Positions 61,636-64,000 of a stretch of 64,000 nt of DNA are shown one piece after another. The notes beneath the pieces were generated by a model. That model worked only from the letters and a program-made list of their open reading frames with translations, searched no databases and was not told the origin of the DNA. Position numbers and translations under genes: made by a program. Every line of letters begins with the position of its first letter. Within the stretch, counting starts at the first letter, position 1. Origin of the DNA: an uncultured Acidobacteriota bacterium (lineage in GTDB: Bacteria > Acidobacteriota > Vicinamibacteria > Fen-336); contig OY970399.1 of assembly GCA_963720545.1 (NCBI GenBank), positions 1,088,001-1,152,000 on the forward strand. Reading direction: 5' to 3'.

Positions 61636-63261
61636 TTGAGACTGTCCCCGGGCCTCATCGTCCTGGTGCTCGCCGCACCGCCGGCCGTGCCGCTGCACGC
61701 CGCCGAATCCGTCGACTACGAAGCGGTTGCGAAGATCCGCGACGAAGCGTTTCACCGCTCCGAGGTGATGGACACGCTCGCCCAGCTCACCGACAGCCTC
61801 GGCCCGCGGCTCACCAACTCGCCGCAGCAGCGCGCCGCGAGCGACTGGGCGCGCACCCGGCTCGAAGGCTGGGGGCTGAAGAACGCGCGCCTCGAATCGT
61901 GGGGCCATTTCGGCCGCGGCTGGAGCTGCCAGGGCGTTTCGGTGCGCATGGTGGCACCGCAGGTGGCGCAGCTCATCGGCTACCCGAAGGCGTGGACGCC
62001 CGGCACCAACGGTGCGGTGCGCGGCGAGGTCGTGAAGGCAGTGGTCAAGGAAGAGGCGGACCTCGACAAGCTGAAGGGCCAGGTGGCCGGCAAGATCGTG
62101 CTGCTGGGCGACGCCGCGCCGCTCGCGACTTCGGACAAGCCGGTGTTCTCGCGCTACGACGCCGCCGGCCTCGAGGAGCTGAGCCGCTTCGAGGCGCCGT
62201 CCACCGACCGCGCGCGCCGCGAGGAAGCGGTGAAGCGCATTGCGCTCGGCAAGAAGGTGCGCGCCTTCATGGCCACCGAGAAGGCGCTCGCGGTGTTCGA
62301 GCCGAGCGAGCGCGAAGGCGCCGTGGTGCGGGTGACCGGCGGCGGGTCGCGCGAGAAGGATGAAGACCCGGGCGTGCCGAACCTGGTGCTGGCGGTCGAG
62401 CACTACAACCGCCTCGTCCGCCTCGCCGAGCGCAAGCAGAAAGTCGAGGTCGAGATCGACGTCAAGGCCGCCTTCAACGACGACAACGAGGACGCCGCCA
62501 ACGTGGTCGCCGAGATTCCGGGCACCGACAAGGCAGCTGAGGTGGTGATGGTCGGCGCGCATCTCGACTCGTGGCACTCGGGCACCGGCGCCACCGACAA
62601 CGCCGCCGGCTCGGCCGTGGCGATGGAGGCGGTGCGCATCATCCAGGCGCTCGGGCTGAAGCCGCGGCGCACCATCCGCATCGCCTTGTGGACCGGCGAG
62701 GAACAGGGCCTCCTGGGTTCGCGCGGCTACGTGAAGGAGCACTTCGCGAGCCGCCCCGAGTCGAGCGACCCGACGGAGAAGGACCTGCCGTCCGGCCTGC
62801 GCACGCCGCAGTGGCCGATCACGGTGAAGCCCGAACACGCCAAGTTCTCGGCCTACTTCAACCTCGACAATGGCACCGGCAAGGTGCGCGGTATTTACGC
62901 GCAGGAGAATGGCGCCGCGGTGCCAGTGTTCGAAGCCTGGCTGAAGCCGCTCGCCGACCTGGGCGCCACCACCATCACGCAGCGCAACACCGGCAGCACC
63001 GACCACGTGCCGTTCGACGCCGTTGGCCTGCCCGGTTTCCAGTTCATCCAGGACCCCGCCGACTACTCGACCCGCAGCCACCACACGAACGTGGACACCA
63101 TGGACCGAATCCAGAAGGACGACATGGTGCAGGCCTCGATCGTGATGGCGTCGTTCGCGTACAACGCAGCGATGCGCGACGCCCTGTTCCCGCGCAAGCC
63201 GATGCCGAAGGAGCCGGCGAAGACGCCGGAGAAGGCGCCGGAGAAGCCCGCCGCCCGTTAG
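61636..63261 (+). CDS. Secreted M28-family metallopeptidase (carboxypeptidase Q-like)
   Basis: Signal peptide, GPRLTNS, GAHLDSW, GATDN, GEEQGL, TDH, HHT..D; TTG after AAGGAG. Confidence 0.92.
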   Translation: MRLSPGLIVLVLAAPPAVPLHAAESVDYEAVAKIRDEAFHRSEVMDTLAQLTDSLGPRLTNSPQQRAASDWARTRLEGWGLKNARLESWGHFGRGWSCQGVSVRMVAPQVAQLIGYPKAWTPGTNGAVRGEVVKAVVKEEADLDKLKGQVAGKIVLLGDAAPLATSDKPVFSRYDAAGLEELSRFEAPSTDRARREEAVKRIALGKKVRAFMATEKALAVFEPSEREGAVVRVTGGGSREKDEDPGVPNLVLAVEHYNRLVRLAERKQKVEVEIDVKAAFNDDNEDAANVVAEIPGTDKAAEVVMVGAHLDSWHSGTGATDNAAGSAVAMEAVRIIQALGLKPRRTIRIALWTGEEQGLLGSRGYVKEHFASRPESSDPTEKDLPSGLRTPQWPITVKPEHAKFSAYFNLDNGTGKVRGIYAQENGAAVPVFEAWLKPLADLGATTITQRNTGSTDHVPFDAVGLPGFQFIQDPADYSTRSHHTNVDTMDRIQKDDMVQASIVMASFAYNAAMRDALFPRKPMPKEPAKTPEKAPEKPAAR

Positions 63262-64000
63262 CGCAGCCGGAGGCGCACGCCGGCCGTCGCTCCCCAGGTG
63301 CCGTCCGCGTCGAGCAAGCCGCGCCGCAGCGCGGCGTCGATGCTGAAGGCGCCGGACGCGTAGCGAAGGCCGGCGCGCACTTCCGCGTGCTCGTCGGCTC
63401 CGGGGGCGCCGCTGCCGCGCAGCCCCGCGATCTCGCCCAGCCCCGCCAGACCGCCGGCAAGCGGCAGCTCGACGGCCGCGCCGTAAGCCAGGAAGTCCGA
63501 CTGCTCGTGCGACTGCAGCGGCCGGTCCTGAATGGCGAGACCGGCGTTCAGGTGAATGCGCGCCGCGCCAGTGTCGTACGACCACAGCAAGTCGGCGCTC
63601 ATCCGCAGCGTGTTCGGCCCGAGGCCAACGGCCTGGTTCGTCTCCGGCAACGCCACCGCGAAGCGTGCCGCGAGCGCCGCACGTTCGCTGTGCCACAACC
63701 GCGTCTTGGCCCGCAGGGTCACGTCGCCATAGTCGGACACGTCGCCGAACGTGGGGTCGTTGCGCGCCAGGACCCGGCCGATCCACTCGACGTCGATTTC
63801 GACGTTGTCCGACGGCGAGAAGGCGAGGCGCAGCAGCGGCAGGTCGAGCCGCGTGCGCGGCTCGGTGGTGAGAAAATTGGGCACCGCGCGCATCAGGTCG
63901 GCGCCGGTCTCGAAAAACAGCGCGCCGCGCGGAGCGGTCCACGCTTCCTCGGTGACCAAGGGTCGTGTCTGCGCGGCCGCGCTTCCGGCGAGCGTCGTGG
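63258..64000 (-). CDS. Putative outer-membrane beta-barrel protein, 5' end outside the window
   Basis: End of signal peptide AAA-QTRPLVTEEA, alternating amphipathic strands, GDVTLRAK, terminal strand WGATAGVRLRL. Confidence 0.6.
   Translation of the reverse strand, partial: TTLAGSAAAQTRPLVTEEAWTAPRGALFFETGADLMRAVPNFLTTEPRTRLDLPLLRLAFSPSDNVEIDVEWIGRVLARNDPTFGDVSDYGDVTLRAKTRLWHSERAALAARFAVALPETNQAVGLGPNTLRMSADLLWSYDTGAARIHLNAGLAIQDRPLQSHEQSDFLAYGAAVELPLAGGLAGLGEIAGLRGSGAPGADEHAEVRAGLRYASGAFSIDAALRRGLLDADGTWGATAGVRLRLR

Overview
High-GC bacterial chromosome segment, inferred to be Acidobacteriota (probably Vicinamibacteria) from the Cys-rich RpoB insertion, the gene content and the lipoprotein types. 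Most of it is core genome on the minus strand: rpoB(5' part)-rplL-rplJ-rplA-rplK-nusG-secE-tRNA-Trp-rpmG-tuf-4 tRNAs; rlmB-ispF-ispD-rmuC; a UvrD-nuclease; dacB, PIN/TRAM, radA, alr; dnaB-rplI-DUF2232-rpsR-rpsF; pth-rplY-prs-tRNA-Gln-ispE; purH; and a truncated complex I operon (nuoA, fused nuoEF, nuoH, J, K, L, M, N, with no B, C, D, G or I). The plus strand carries LPS-related genes, selA, egtB-egtD, pyk and an M28 peptidase. Best leads: (1) an exported, membrane-anchored TPR-CHAT caspase-like protease divergent from an ECF sigma / zinc anti-sigma / secreted-protein cassette, with a shared TGTTCCGCA-N13-GGGTC motif upstream of the sigma gene and of a lipoprotein gene; (2) a soluble Ser/Thr kinase fused to a LigA/RFC-type BRCT domain between alr-radA and dnaB; (3) the incomplete nuo operon next to selA; (4) a family of intergenic palindromic repeats; (5) recurring leaderless and bidirectional promoters. 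No rRNA, CRISPR array, transposase or integrase was seen. All calls are by eye from motifs and synteny; no database searches were run.
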